A stretch of 64,000 nucleotides of DNA from Dictyostelium discoideum (lineage: Eukaryota), in the NCBI GenBank assembly GCA_000004695.1, contig CM000152.2, positions 2,208,001 through 2,272,000 of the forward strand. Direction: 5' to 3'. The notes under the pieces are model-generated. The model searched no databases. It saw only the letters and a program-made list of their open reading frames with translations, and was not told the DNA's origin. Below are positions 52,365 to 64,000 of this stretch, piece after piece. Numbering within the stretch: position 1 is the stretch's first letter; each line of letters begins with the position of its first letter. Position numbers and translations under genes: made by a program.

Positions 52365-52974
52365 AAAAAATAAAACAAAATCAAATATTAGAATCTACTT
52401 ATGTAATATACATATATTACTTATTTATCGTTACAATCTCATATATATATAAAAAAAAAAAAAAGAAAAATCAATTTAAATTATAAGAAAAAAAAAAAAA
52501 AAAGAAATAAATGGTTTTTATTTCTCATTATAATTTTTTTTTTTTGTTTTTTTTTTTTTTTTTTTTTTTTTTGTTTTTTTTTTTTTTTTTTTTTTTTATT
52601 ATTATAAAATTGTATTTCTTTGTTTTGTTTTGTTTTGTTTTGTTTTATTTGTTTATTTTTTTTTTTACTGTTATTTAAAATAATTACCTCTTTTATTTTT
52701 TCCTCTACCATTGTGGCAATTTCATTAGCTATAACTTTATAGATTGCTGATAATTGAGTTAAATCCTTTATGATAATTGCATCGTTGGTCTTTAAGTTGC
52801 TAACTTTGCTCTAAATTCATTAATCATATCAGTGTGAGATTTCTCTTCCATTCTTCCACCTCTAAAACTACTACTGTTATGGTTGTCACTACTACTATTG
52901 GAACTATTTCTTTGTTGCGATGTTGGTTGTTGTGTTTCTACTACTCCTACTGATACTTGTGGTTCTTCTGTCAT
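49247..52974 (-). CDS. pcf11: Pcf11-like mRNA cleavage/polyadenylation factor (about 900 aa). Exons 52688..52974 (contains a frame discontinuity), 50465..52254, 49936..50171 and 49247..49644.
   Basis: Exon 1 begins MTEEPQVSVGVVETQQPTSQQRNSSNSSSDNHNSSSFRGGRMEEKSHTDMINEFRAKLAT, then hits TAA at 52794-92. The +2 frame reads SKVSNLKTNDAIIIKDLTQLSAIYKVIANEIATMVEEKIKE|GTAATT; the human CID begins SLEDLTFNSKPHINMLTILAEEN. Exon 2 (acceptor tttAG at 52255-56) is SALPKTKLCSIYLLDSLNKNVSKVYNSIFSKNIVDIYVSSFQGFDDQTKSSMLNLYNIWKERSLV, comparable to human PCF11 KLPVMYLMDSIVKNVGREYLTAFTKNLVATFICVFEKVDENTRKSLFKLRSTWDEIF (the CID), then long Q/N/P-rich low complexity up to ...SIESNFNKSGSIDNKK|GTATTT. Exon 3 is SEYSLYEDLYKGYPLQCKTCSARFKTQDKMDQHMDHHYKVNQ..., the first Pcf11 zinc finger. 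Exon 4 is SIPFFNDTKKEVEVKIEPTLVADDDQTSCPVCREKFEKFWDGESEDWMYRGVQIDNKTKKIIHVKC..., the C-terminal zinc finger, with stop at 49247. Confidence 0.7.
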
Positions 52975-53385
52975 TATAAAAAAAGGCCCTATAAAAATAT
53001 AAAGAATATAAAAAAAACACTAATATAAAACAAATAAAAAGAATTTATTTTTTGTTGATACTAGTGTGGAAAATTTTGAAATAATAAAAAAAAAAATTAA
53101 AAAAAAAAAAAAAAAAATTAAAAAAATTCAAAAAAATTCAAAAAAAAAAAAAAAAAAAAAAAAAATTTAAAAAAAAAAAAAAAAATAATTAAAAAAATAA
53201 ATAAAAATCTAAATTAGGTGAGTAAATTTTGTTAATCCAAAAATAAAAAAATAAAAAAATAAAAAAAAAATAAAAAAAAAATAAAAAAAAATAAAAATAA
53301 AAATTTCCATATTTGTTTAAATAAAAAAATAAAAAAATAAAAAATAAAAAATAAAAATTTATATATAAATGTTAAAAAATAAATG

Positions 53386-53431
<46 letters not shown>

Positions 53432-53453
53432 TTTTTTATAATTTAAATTTAAT

Positions 53454-54870
53454 TTATTGATTTTGTTGTTTTAAAAAGAAATCTGCAATGAATCTTCTTT
53501 GAATTTTACCTGAAGCAGTTTTTGGGAAATTATCAGTGATAATGATTTTCTTTGGCACTTTGAAAGAGATTAATTTCTTTTGGAGGAATTGGGTGATTTC
53601 TTCGACTGTAATTGATTGAGGTACTTTTGGGATGACGGCAGCCCAAATCTCTTCGCCATACTTTTCATCTGGTACACCAAAGCAAACAGCTTCGAGAATT
53701 TTATCATTTTCCAAGAGAGCATTATCAACTTCCAATGGGGAGATTTTCTCACCACCTCTATTGATGATTTCCTTCTTTCTACCCTTGAGAATCAAGTAGC
53801 CGTCTTGATCTAAATAACCGATATCACCAGTGAGGAACCAACCATCCTTTGTAAAGTTATCAATGTTTGCTTGTGGATTATTATGATAACCATGCATAAC
53901 ATTCTTGCCCTTGATACAAACTTCACCTACATCACCTTGTTTTTGATGCTCGCCATTGTCATTGACAATACTAATTTGAACATTGAATCCCTTACCGACG
54001 CTACCAGGCTTTCTTGGACCGTCTTGTGGCAATGGGTTCGATGCCATTTGGTGGGAAGCCTCTGTCATACCGTAGGACTCAATTACTGGACAGCCAAAGA
54101 ATTGCTCCAATGTCTCTAATAAAGTTGGTGATAATGATGACGACGATGATCTAATGAATCTAAGTAACCCTTTGTTGGAAGAGGATGCAGAGGATGTGGC
54201 CGATTGCTCGACGTTGCAAAGAATTGTATGAATTGTAGGTACGGCACTATACCAATTTACAGAGAATTGTTTAACTTGGCTCCAAAATACACTTGCAGAG
54301 AATCTTGGTGGCACAACTAAACTAGCACCAGCATTGAATGTTGATAAACAAACACCAATTAAACCATGAACGTGGAATAATGGCATGACTACATATGAGC
54401 AATCGGATGGGGTTAAATGGAATGTTGAGGAAATGTTTGCACTTGAGGTTGCCAAATTTTCATGAGTCAATGGTACACCCTTTGGTCTGCCAGTGCTACC
54501 ACTAGTATGCAAAAACAATGCTTTGTCATCTTTATCTGGAACAGTCTCCAATTTAATTTTATCACCTTCATCCTCTCCTGAAATTGTTTCACTTGAGAAA
54601 ATCAAGTCATCTCCATTGCTTGGATCTGTAATTCTATAATAAAGTTTACCTTCCTTTTCATTTTCAACATTTTCAATTTCCCAAACTTTAATACCTAATT
54701 CCTTGGCTGATTTCAATGCTTCACTTAACCCTTTTTGAACAATAACAATATTTGCTCCCATATCTTTATAATAGAAATTAAATTCTTCACTCTTATATGC
54801 TGAATTTAATGGTGCTGCAATACATCTTGCAAATGTTGATCCCTTTTTTTTTTTTTTTCTTAAAGAATTA

Positions 54871-54911
<41 letters not shown>

Positions 54912-55171
54912 GAAAAAAAAAAAAAACTTACCAAGAAACATGATAAAATTGGATAACCATTTGTAATAACTAATGAAACTACATCACCAGTTTTAATACC
55001 TTTTTCAATTAATTTATTTGCAAAGCTAACTGAATCATTTAAAAACTTTTGATAGGTGATAGAGAGTGAACCAAATGATTGACTATCCTCTTTGGCAATA
55101 GGAATTGTTATCAATTTTTTTTTATTATCTCTTGAAGTTGTATCTTTGAAAATTTGATATAAAGTTGACAT
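53454..55171 (-). CDS. Acyl-activating enzyme of the Pcs60/AAE3 (oxalyl-CoA synthetase-like) AMP-binding family (542 aa). Exons 54932..55171 and 53454..54842.
   Basis: Exon 1 is MSTLYQIFKDTTSRDNKKKLITIPIAKEDSQSFGSLSITYQKFLNDSVSFANKLIEKGIKTGDVVSLVITNGYPILSCFL|GTAAGT. Exon 2 (acceptor aaaAG at 54843-44) is GSTFARCIAAPLNSAYKSEEFNFYYKDMGANIVIVQKG...LHTSGSTGRPKGVPLTHENLATSSANISSTFHLTPSDCSYVVMPLFHVHGLIGVCLSTF... ...GEKISPLEVDNALLENDKILEAVCFGVPDEKYGEEIWAAVIPK...FPKTASGKIQRRFIADFFLKQQNQ*. It matches yeast Pcs60 almost throughout (TSGTTGRPKGVPLTHRNL...SYVVMPLFHVHGLIGVLLSTF...GGEKISPIELD...LPKTATGKIQRR). The ORF-track N-terminus MFLGKFFFFF is intron read-through. Confidence 0.85.
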
Positions 55172-55180
55172 TTTAAATTA

Positions 55181-55213
<33 letters not shown>

Positions 55214-55679
55214 TTGTGCAAATGAAATTAAAAATGAAAAAAAAAAAAAAAAATGGAATGAAAATTAAAATAAATAGAATTTTTTTTTTTTTCAACAACC
55301 ACTTCGTCTGGGGGATTCTGATATTAAAAAAAATAAAAAATAAAAAAAAAAATTAAAAAAAAAAAAAAAAAAATTAAAGATTAAGATTTTAATACCTCCT
55401 CCTTTTTTGTTTTTTCAAAAAATTATTTATTTTTTTTTTCAAAATATTATCTAGTCTGATTGTTTTATCTTTTTTTTTTTTTTTAAAACAACTGAAAATC
55501 ATTTTGGAAAATAAGAGTTTTTTTTTTTTTTTTTAATAAAAATAGAAACAAGAAAAAAAAAACAATAAAACAAAAAAAATCAATATTCTGAAAATTAAAT
55601 TCTACCTTTATTTTAATTTATAAAATTAAATTCTTAATTCTTTATTTATTTATTATTTTTTTTTTAAATAATTAAATCC

Positions 55680-55755
<76 letters not shown>

Positions 55756-56497
55756 AAAATAAATAAATATTAGAAAATCAAAAATTTAAATTTTGGTATT
55801 TTTAGTTAAAAAATAAAAATAATAAATAAAAAATGATAAGTTTTATTTATTTATTTTTTTTCATAACAATTAGTTTTATTTATTTTTAATATGGATTTAG
55901 TGTTATAATAAAGCACCCAAAAATAGAAAAAATGATATAAAATATAAAAAAAAAAAAAGAAGGCAATCAAAATATTATTTTTAAAATTTAATTTTTTTTC
56001 ACTCATTTTTAAAAATTTAAATCCAGATTTAAAAAAAAAATTAATAATTTTTTTAAAATATTATTCTTTAGGCGAAGATGAATTTAGTGAGTGATTTCAA
56101 AGTAGAAAAAAAGAAATTTTTTTTACCAAACAATTTAGATTGTAATTTGTTTATAAATAAATAAATAAATTAATTATTAGTAATTTTATTTTTTTTAAAT
56201 TTGGAAATAATTATTTGTTAATTGAGTACTTAGTCTATTTTAGGAATTTAAAAAATAAATAAATAAAAAAATAAATAAATAAAATACAACAAAAATAAAA
56301 TAAAATTTAAACATAATTAAATAAAATAATGAACAATATTGTTTAAAAAAGTTTTTTTATTTTTTTTTTTTTTATTTTATTTAATTTTTTTTTTTTTTTT
56401 AATTTTTTTTAGTTTCAAAATTTTTTTTTAATTTTATTCATTTCATTTCATTTTTTTTTTTTTTTGTCATTAATATATATAATTAGATTATTATGTG

Positions 56498-57670
<1,173 letters not shown>

Positions 57671-57775
57671 TCAACAAATAAAATAATAAAAATTGTAAAT
57701 AGGATAAAAAAAAAAAAAAAAAAAAAATAAATGTTAAATTTTCACCACAATTCAAAAAATGCACCAATTGGAAAT

Positions 57776-57810
<35 letters not shown>

Positions 57811-57878
57811 TTAATTGATTAATTAATTAATTTATGTTAAAATTTTATATTTTATATTTTATTTTATTTTTTTAAAAT

Positions 57879-58731
57879 TTAATAATCAGTTTCAATTACA
57901 CGAATAAAACCTTGACTTGAAGCAAATGCTAAACAATTTGAATAATTTGTATTTTTATTCCAAGAGACAACTGTTAGGTTTACTTTTGGATCAGGGAAAT
58001 GACAAGATTCTATTGGTTTATAAACAAACATTGATTTATTAGCAAAAACAGCTCTTTGATTTGGAAATTCTTTTAACATTTTTGGTTTACTTAAAAATAC
58101 TAATGACTCTTTTGAGGCTTCATCATTATTATTCTTATTTCTATATACTTGAATTTGTTTTTCTTTTTCACTAGTTTCTTCACTAGTTTCTTCATTATTA
58201 TTATTATTATTTTCATTATTTTGAATAGTTTGTTTTTTTAATTTTAAAGATTCATAATGAATTAATGCATTTGATTTTGATTTAAATTTATATTTTCTTT
58301 TATCATTTGAAATTGGATAAATTGTTAATTTACCATCAGAATCAACACTTGCACAATAATGTAAATTCTTTGAGAGATCGAAATCCATAATATCATTTTC
58401 ATGACAAGGTAAACCAAATTTTTGAAGATTCATTAAACTAAAAGTCTTTATATTTGAACCTTCAGAAATTAATACTGCTGGTAAATTTGAATTTTGTGGC
58501 CATTTCATTTTAGTCTTTGAACAGAAATCTCTTGAATTGGTAAATATTGGTAACGAAGAATTCCTTCTATCCCAAAATATAGTTGATCTTTGATAATTTA
58601 TTAAAAATTGATTCCTATCTAATGGATTAAATGTAACACTTGTAATATAATCCTTTTGATTATTACTAAATAATGGTTCAACAAAATATAATTCACAATT
58701 ATCATTATCATCATCATTATTATTATTATTT

Positions 58732-58763
<32 letters not shown>

Positions 58764-61163
58764 TTCAATTGATAATTGATATTGTTTAATAATTAAATTT
58801 AAATCGAAAATGAATGAGGAACCATTTGAACAACCAATTAAAATCCAAGGTGGTGAAGTTTCATCAAAACAAGATGACCAAGCAATACTTGTACCAAAGA
58901 AATCTTTTTCATCTTTTGCAGGTGTTGAAATGAATTCACAATTTTCATAGTTATTTAATGATTGATCATTTAAATTTAATGATTGATCAAAGATTGGTTT
59001 AATCTTTAAGAATTTGGTTAATTGAGTTTTAGTTTTTGAATTATCATTATTGAATTGTTTTTCAACAAAATCTGGATGAGGAATTGGCCAAATCTTTACA
59101 GTACCATCACCTAATAATGCTGATAAAACACCCAATCTAATTGGTGACTTTGTTTCCTTATCTTCATAATATCCACCATATGGCATCCATTTCAAATCCC
59201 AACAACAATTACCTTCATGTGTAATTGAGTATACTAATTTCGGACAACTTGTATCACTTGGTGTTGCATTAATATGTTCAGCTTTATTAAAATCTGGTTT
59301 TTTTTTTTTTGTTTTATTTTCATCACTTTCATTCTCTTTTTCGTTTTCATTTTTATTATTATTATTATTATTATTATTGCTATTATTATTACCATCTTCA
59401 TCATCTTCACCATCTTCATCGTCATCATCATGATTTGATTTAAAATGAGGTCTAATTGAATATTCATAAATTTGAATTATATTTTTACCTTGATAAACTT
59501 CTCTCTTTTGATGAGTTGATTTTGAATCTTTATGAGCACTAACTGCTAAATATTGTTTAGTGGTTGAACAATTGTTACCAACGATTGGCAATGGACACCA
59601 GTCCAAAGCACTAATATGACCACCACACCAAGTTAATGTATCTTTATTTCTAAATTCGGTTGGATTTTGAATGGATTCAAATTGTGAAAGTGAACGATCG
59701 GCTGTATCGTTTTTATCTGATGAGAATCTAAATTCACATGATTTCTTTTCATGATTCCAATGATACCCATTCGATTCTCTTTTACTGAGGAAAGAGAATG
59801 ATGGTTTTAAAACTTCCTTCAAATGAAGTATTGGTTTATTATCAAAATTTGGTAATTCAGTACCATAGAAAAGACCTTCATTTGGAACTCTATCAAAATT
59901 ATATGCTGGTACATAAACACTTAACGTATTTCTATTTGATGGTTCACCATCACCACCAGCACCTTCAATAATCGATAATTCTCTTGATAAAGATGGTGTT
60001 GATGATGCTCTTTTTGGTGTCGCTCTTTTTGGTGTTGCTACTCCTGCTACTGTTGATGCTGCTTTTTTTGGAGTTGCTGCTTTTTTTGGAGCTGCTGTTT
60101 TTTTTACTGTTGTTGGTTTTCCTTTTTTTGCTAATGATCTTTTATTATTCTTACTTGGTATCTTAAATTCTTGTTCAATTTGTTCTTCTTCACCATCATC
60201 TGATTTATATATTTCTGGTTCTGATTCTGATTCTGATTCATGTTCAGATGCTGTTTGATAATCATCACTTGAATCACCACTGGATGCTGACTGATAACTA
60301 TCGTCATCAGAACTTTCAATAGGTAATTTATTTACTACTTTTTTTGATGATCTTGCTGGTCTCTTTGGTGTCATAGAATTTATTGATTTTCTTGAAGGTA
60401 TTTTATTATTACCTTCATCATCATTATCACCACTACCACCACCACTAACAACATCTCCATCATTGTTTGTATTTTTTGATTCTGTAAATTTCTTTTTTGA
60501 TTCAATAAATTTATTGATAAGATTTTCATTTTTATCATTTTTATATTTAGTACCTAAGAATTCAATTTCTGGATATTCATTATTTTCATCTAAATAATTA
60601 TTATTATTATTACTATCATCATCTTCATTATTATTATTATTATTATTATTGTTATTTTTTATACTACTATCATTGTTTTTATTATTAATATTTTTACTAT
60701 TACTTTTATTTTTATTATTATCTAATGGTATTCTATCTTTACAATCTTCCGGACACTTATGACGTCTTGATCTGTGAAATTGACATGCTTTAGATGATTT
60801 TGGAGTTGATTTTGGAGTTGATTTTGGAGTTGATTTTGATGTTGATTTTGATTTTGAAGTTGATTTTGGTGTTGGTTTTGGTGTGATTACTGTTGGTTTT
60901 GTTGTTTCTGAAGTTGTTGCTGTTATTGTTGCTGTTGTTTCTGTTGTTGTTGTTGTTGTAACTGTTGCTTTTGAAATGCTATCACTACTACAATCGACAA
61001 CTACACTATTGAAATTAATATCTTTCTTTTTTTCTTTTTCTTCTTCATTTATTTTAGTTTCTTTTTGAAAAAATGATGTTATTAATGAATTTTCACCACC
61101 CGATGATTTCTTTGCATCATAAGGTTTTGGTTTTGGTGTTTTATCTTTTTCGACTTTGGGCAT
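57879..61163 (-). CDS. WD40-repeat protein with an N-terminal Lys/Pro/Thr-rich basic region (1094 aa, single exon). It may be a TFIIIC subunit (Tfc6/GTF3C2-like), but that is unverified.
   Basis: A continuous ORF with ATG at 61163. The N-terminus is MPKVEKDKTPKPKPYDAKKSSGGENSLITSFFQK. TPKS repeats and AT-hook-like KKTAAPKKAATPKKAA / TPKRATPKRASSTPS tracts follow, then Cys-containing blocks (WCGGHISALDWCPLP, NCCWDLKWMPYG, LGDGTVKIWPIPHPDF) consistent with WD40 blades, plus poly-N/D/E inserts. Confidence 0.55.
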
Positions 61164-61234
61164 TTTTAATTATTATTTTTTTTTTTTTATTTTTAAATGA
61201 TTTTGTATAAAGAACGATTAACCAATCAACTCAA

Positions 61235-61265
<31 letters not shown>

Positions 61266-61946
61266 GAGATTACACTATTTTTGAAAAAAAAAATAAAAAA
61301 TAAAAAAAAAATAAAAAAAAATAAAAAATTCAAAAAAAAAATATATTTATAATCGTTTTAACTGTTTTTTTTTTTTTATTTTCATTTGTTTTTACTAAAT
61401 ATAGAACATATGTTTTTAAATTAACATAGTTTTTTATTTTTATTTTTTATTTTTCTTCATTTATTTTAAAAATAATTGTGTAAAATTGTTTTTTTAATTA
61501 ATTTTTTTTTTTTTTTTATTTTCTTGGTTTTTTGAAACTATTATTATAAAAAAAAAAATTGATTTATTAAAAAAAAAATAAAATAAAATAAAATTTAAAA
61601 AAAAAAAAAAAAACAGTGGCAATAAAATAGAATTTTGACGAAATGGTAGATTTACACTATAGTAAGATCATCAGGTGAAAATAATTTTGATTTAAAAAAT
61701 TCGAGCGTTGCACAAAATGCAGTTAGTGTATTCTTTTATTCATTTTCTCAAAATATTCTTTATTTGGAAATAATTATTAATATCTAAAATTCAAAAAAAA
61801 AAAAAAAAAAATTAAAATATTAGTTTTTTAAAAATTAAACAAAATTGATTAAATCTTAAATAAAGATATGGAAGACTTTTAAAAATGAGATTAATTTAAT
61901 TGAAAAAAGAAAATATAAAAAAAAAATATAAATTTAAAGAAATAAC

Positions 61947-61985
<39 letters not shown>

Positions 61986-62085
61986 ATTTAATTTTTTACC
62001 AACAAACACCCTATACATATCGGTTTTTAATGATAATCTTTCAAAATTCTCACATTTAAATCTAAATTCAATAAGATTAAATTCT

Positions 62086-62128
<43 letters not shown>

Positions 62129-62167
62129 AATTTTGGTAATAATCATTTCTTGATTTAAAAATTTTAG

Positions 62168-62198
<31 letters not shown>

Positions 62199-63016
62199 AA
62201 GATTAAAAAAAAAAAAAAAAAATCAATATTTTTAATCAAAAAAAGTAAAAATTTATTTTTGGTTTTTTTTTTATTTTTATTTTTAAAAAAAATTGATTTT
62301 TTTTTAATTTATAAATCTCAAAAAAAAAGATTTAATATCTTTTTTTTTTTTTTGAAAAATTCAATTGTTTTTGTGTTAAAAATAAAAATTCACACCCAAT
62401 AAAAATGTTATTGATAGATTTGAGGGGTAATTATAAAAAAAAATTCCAAATTTAACAAAAATATAAAATAACCACATTAACGAAAATTATTTTTGGTGTG
62501 AAAAAAGTAGTAACTTCAAAATCTCGAAACCAGATTGTGTAAGGTTGACTTTGAGACCAAAAAAAAAAATTGTGGGTTAATTTGTGATATTTCCTAAAGA
62601 AAAAAGGTTATTATTGGATGTGAATAAATAATAAACTAATTTAATACCCAATCATGTTTTTAGTCTATTATTTCTATCAAGGGATATTTCCTTTTTTAAT
62701 GAAAATCATGATTAAAAACCACAACTTTTTTACATTTTTAACAACAAGTTCATTGAATAAATTAATTTTTTTTTTTTTTTGGGGTTTTTTTTTTTTTTTT
62801 TTAGTTTAAATTTAAATCCAATTCATTTTTTTCAAGATTCTAAAAATAACAAACTCATAAATTAATTTATTTAAATAATAATAATAATAAAAAAAAAAAA
62901 ATATAAAAAAAAAAAAAAAAAACTATATATACATATATTTATTAAAAAAATAAAAAAAAAAAATAAACAAAAAAACAAAACATTTATTATTCAAATAATT
63001 ATATATAAATTAAAAC

Positions 63017-63355
63017 ATGGATAAATACCAACCAATATTACCAAATAATCTTAAAATACTTTCAAAACCTATAAATGGTACTAATACCAATATTTCTAAT
63101 AATAATAATAATAATAATAATACCAATATTGGTATTAAAAACAATAATTCTAATAATAATAATATTTCAATAAATTGTGATAACACACAATTCCAAACTA
63201 TATTAAGAGAATTAAAAAAAAGAGAATTCCAAAATAAAACTAGAAAACCAATTAATAAAAAATTAAATTCAAGTAATAGCAATAACAATAACTATAATTT
63301 GAAAATTGAAGATAATTTTATAAATAATAATAATAATAATAATAAAAATAATAAA

Positions 63356-63388
<33 letters not shown>

Positions 63389-63847
63389 TCAACAGAATAT
63401 TTCGTTCCAATAAGTCATAATAGTTCATCAACTATATTTTATAAACATTTAAATGTTTATTTTGATAATAATACTACTACTGATAATCAATATTATAATA
63501 AAAACAATAATTATTTAAAAAATATATATTCCAACAATAATAATAATAATAATTTTAATAATTTTGAAAATCAAACATCAACACAAATTAAAGTTCAAAA
63601 AACTCCATCAACATTTTATTGTAATTTATTAAAAAATAAATCATTACCACCATTACCAAAATCAAAAAGAATTTATAAATTAAATGATGACTGTGTTGTT
63701 CCATCCATATATACCGAAATTGGAGAATTCTATTTAAATAAACCAAAGAAAACTTCTTCAATAAGTCTACCAAGTATAAATCAAATTCAAACTTACTCTT
63801 GGTCTTCTCTTGAACTTCCACCAATTGACGTGGATGCTGAAAATTAA
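63017..63847 (+). CDS. Hypothetical Asn-rich protein (276 aa) with a PPLPKSKR (PxxP) motif near the C-terminus.
   Basis: A single ORF with ATG at 63017 after A-rich context: MDKYQPILPNNLKILSKPINGTNTNISNNN... ...KSLPPLPKSKRIYKLNDDCVVPSIYTEIGEFYLNKPKKTSSISLPSINQIQTYSWSSLELPPIDVDAEN*. No homolog is recognised. The minus ORFs overlapping it are poly-L artifacts. Confidence 0.45.
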
Positions 63848-64000
63848 ACTTTGATATAGAAGCTTTAATTAAAATATAAAAAATAATTTTTTTGGAAACC
63901 ATGTACATAGTTCTATCTTTTTTTTTTTTTAAAAAAAAAAAATAACATATAAAAAACATATAAAAAACATATAAAAAAAACATATAAAAAATAAATAAAT

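Overview
The window is very AT-rich eukaryotic nuclear DNA with short GTAAGT/GTATGT...AG introns, long poly-A/T intergenic tracts, and poly-Asn/Gln/Thr coding repeats, which is the signature of Dictyostelium discoideum. Two genes match D. discoideum proteins I recognise residue for residue: the PKA regulatory subunit PkaR (327 aa, MTNNISHNQKATEK..., two exons) and calmodulin CalA (152 aa, with the initiator ATG alone in its own exon). I annotate about 25 protein-coding genes on both strands, almost all after working out splicing by hand, because the six-frame ORF track uses TTG/GTG as start codons, reads through introns, and reports antisense ORFs of low-complexity repeats. The gene set is housekeeping or developmental: a cAR/Crl-family GPCR, UTP6, a snRNP27-like protein, pkaR, AP-3 delta, an hnRNP-R/Q-like three-RRM protein, a membrane-anchored subtilase, a secreted Cys-repeat protein, an SDR, eIF3g, calA, Nuf2, a TMEM184/Ost-alpha family protein, a Pumilio protein, Pcf11, a Pcs60-like acyl-CoA synthetase, YEATS4/GAS41, and a WD40 protein. 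I found no rRNA, tRNA, CRISPR array, transposon, or prokaryote-style defence or mobile system. Points worth a second look are: a 16-nt micro-exon needed to keep an SDR gene in frame and supply its catalytic Tyr; two apparent 1-nt frame discontinuities inside otherwise well-conserved genes (the pcf11 5' exon and a small gene at 28.6 kb); a duplicated perfect 12-bp GC palindrome beside a T-depleted non-AT island; a G15 tract; recurring GT/CA-rich G-box-like blocks 0.4-2 kb upstream of several genes; two unusually long (>420 nt) introns, one with a GC island; and an (AAT)~67 microsatellite lying wholly inside an intron that a naive ORF call reads as poly-Asn. All coordinates come from hand translation and are approximate to a few nucleotides at some splice sites.
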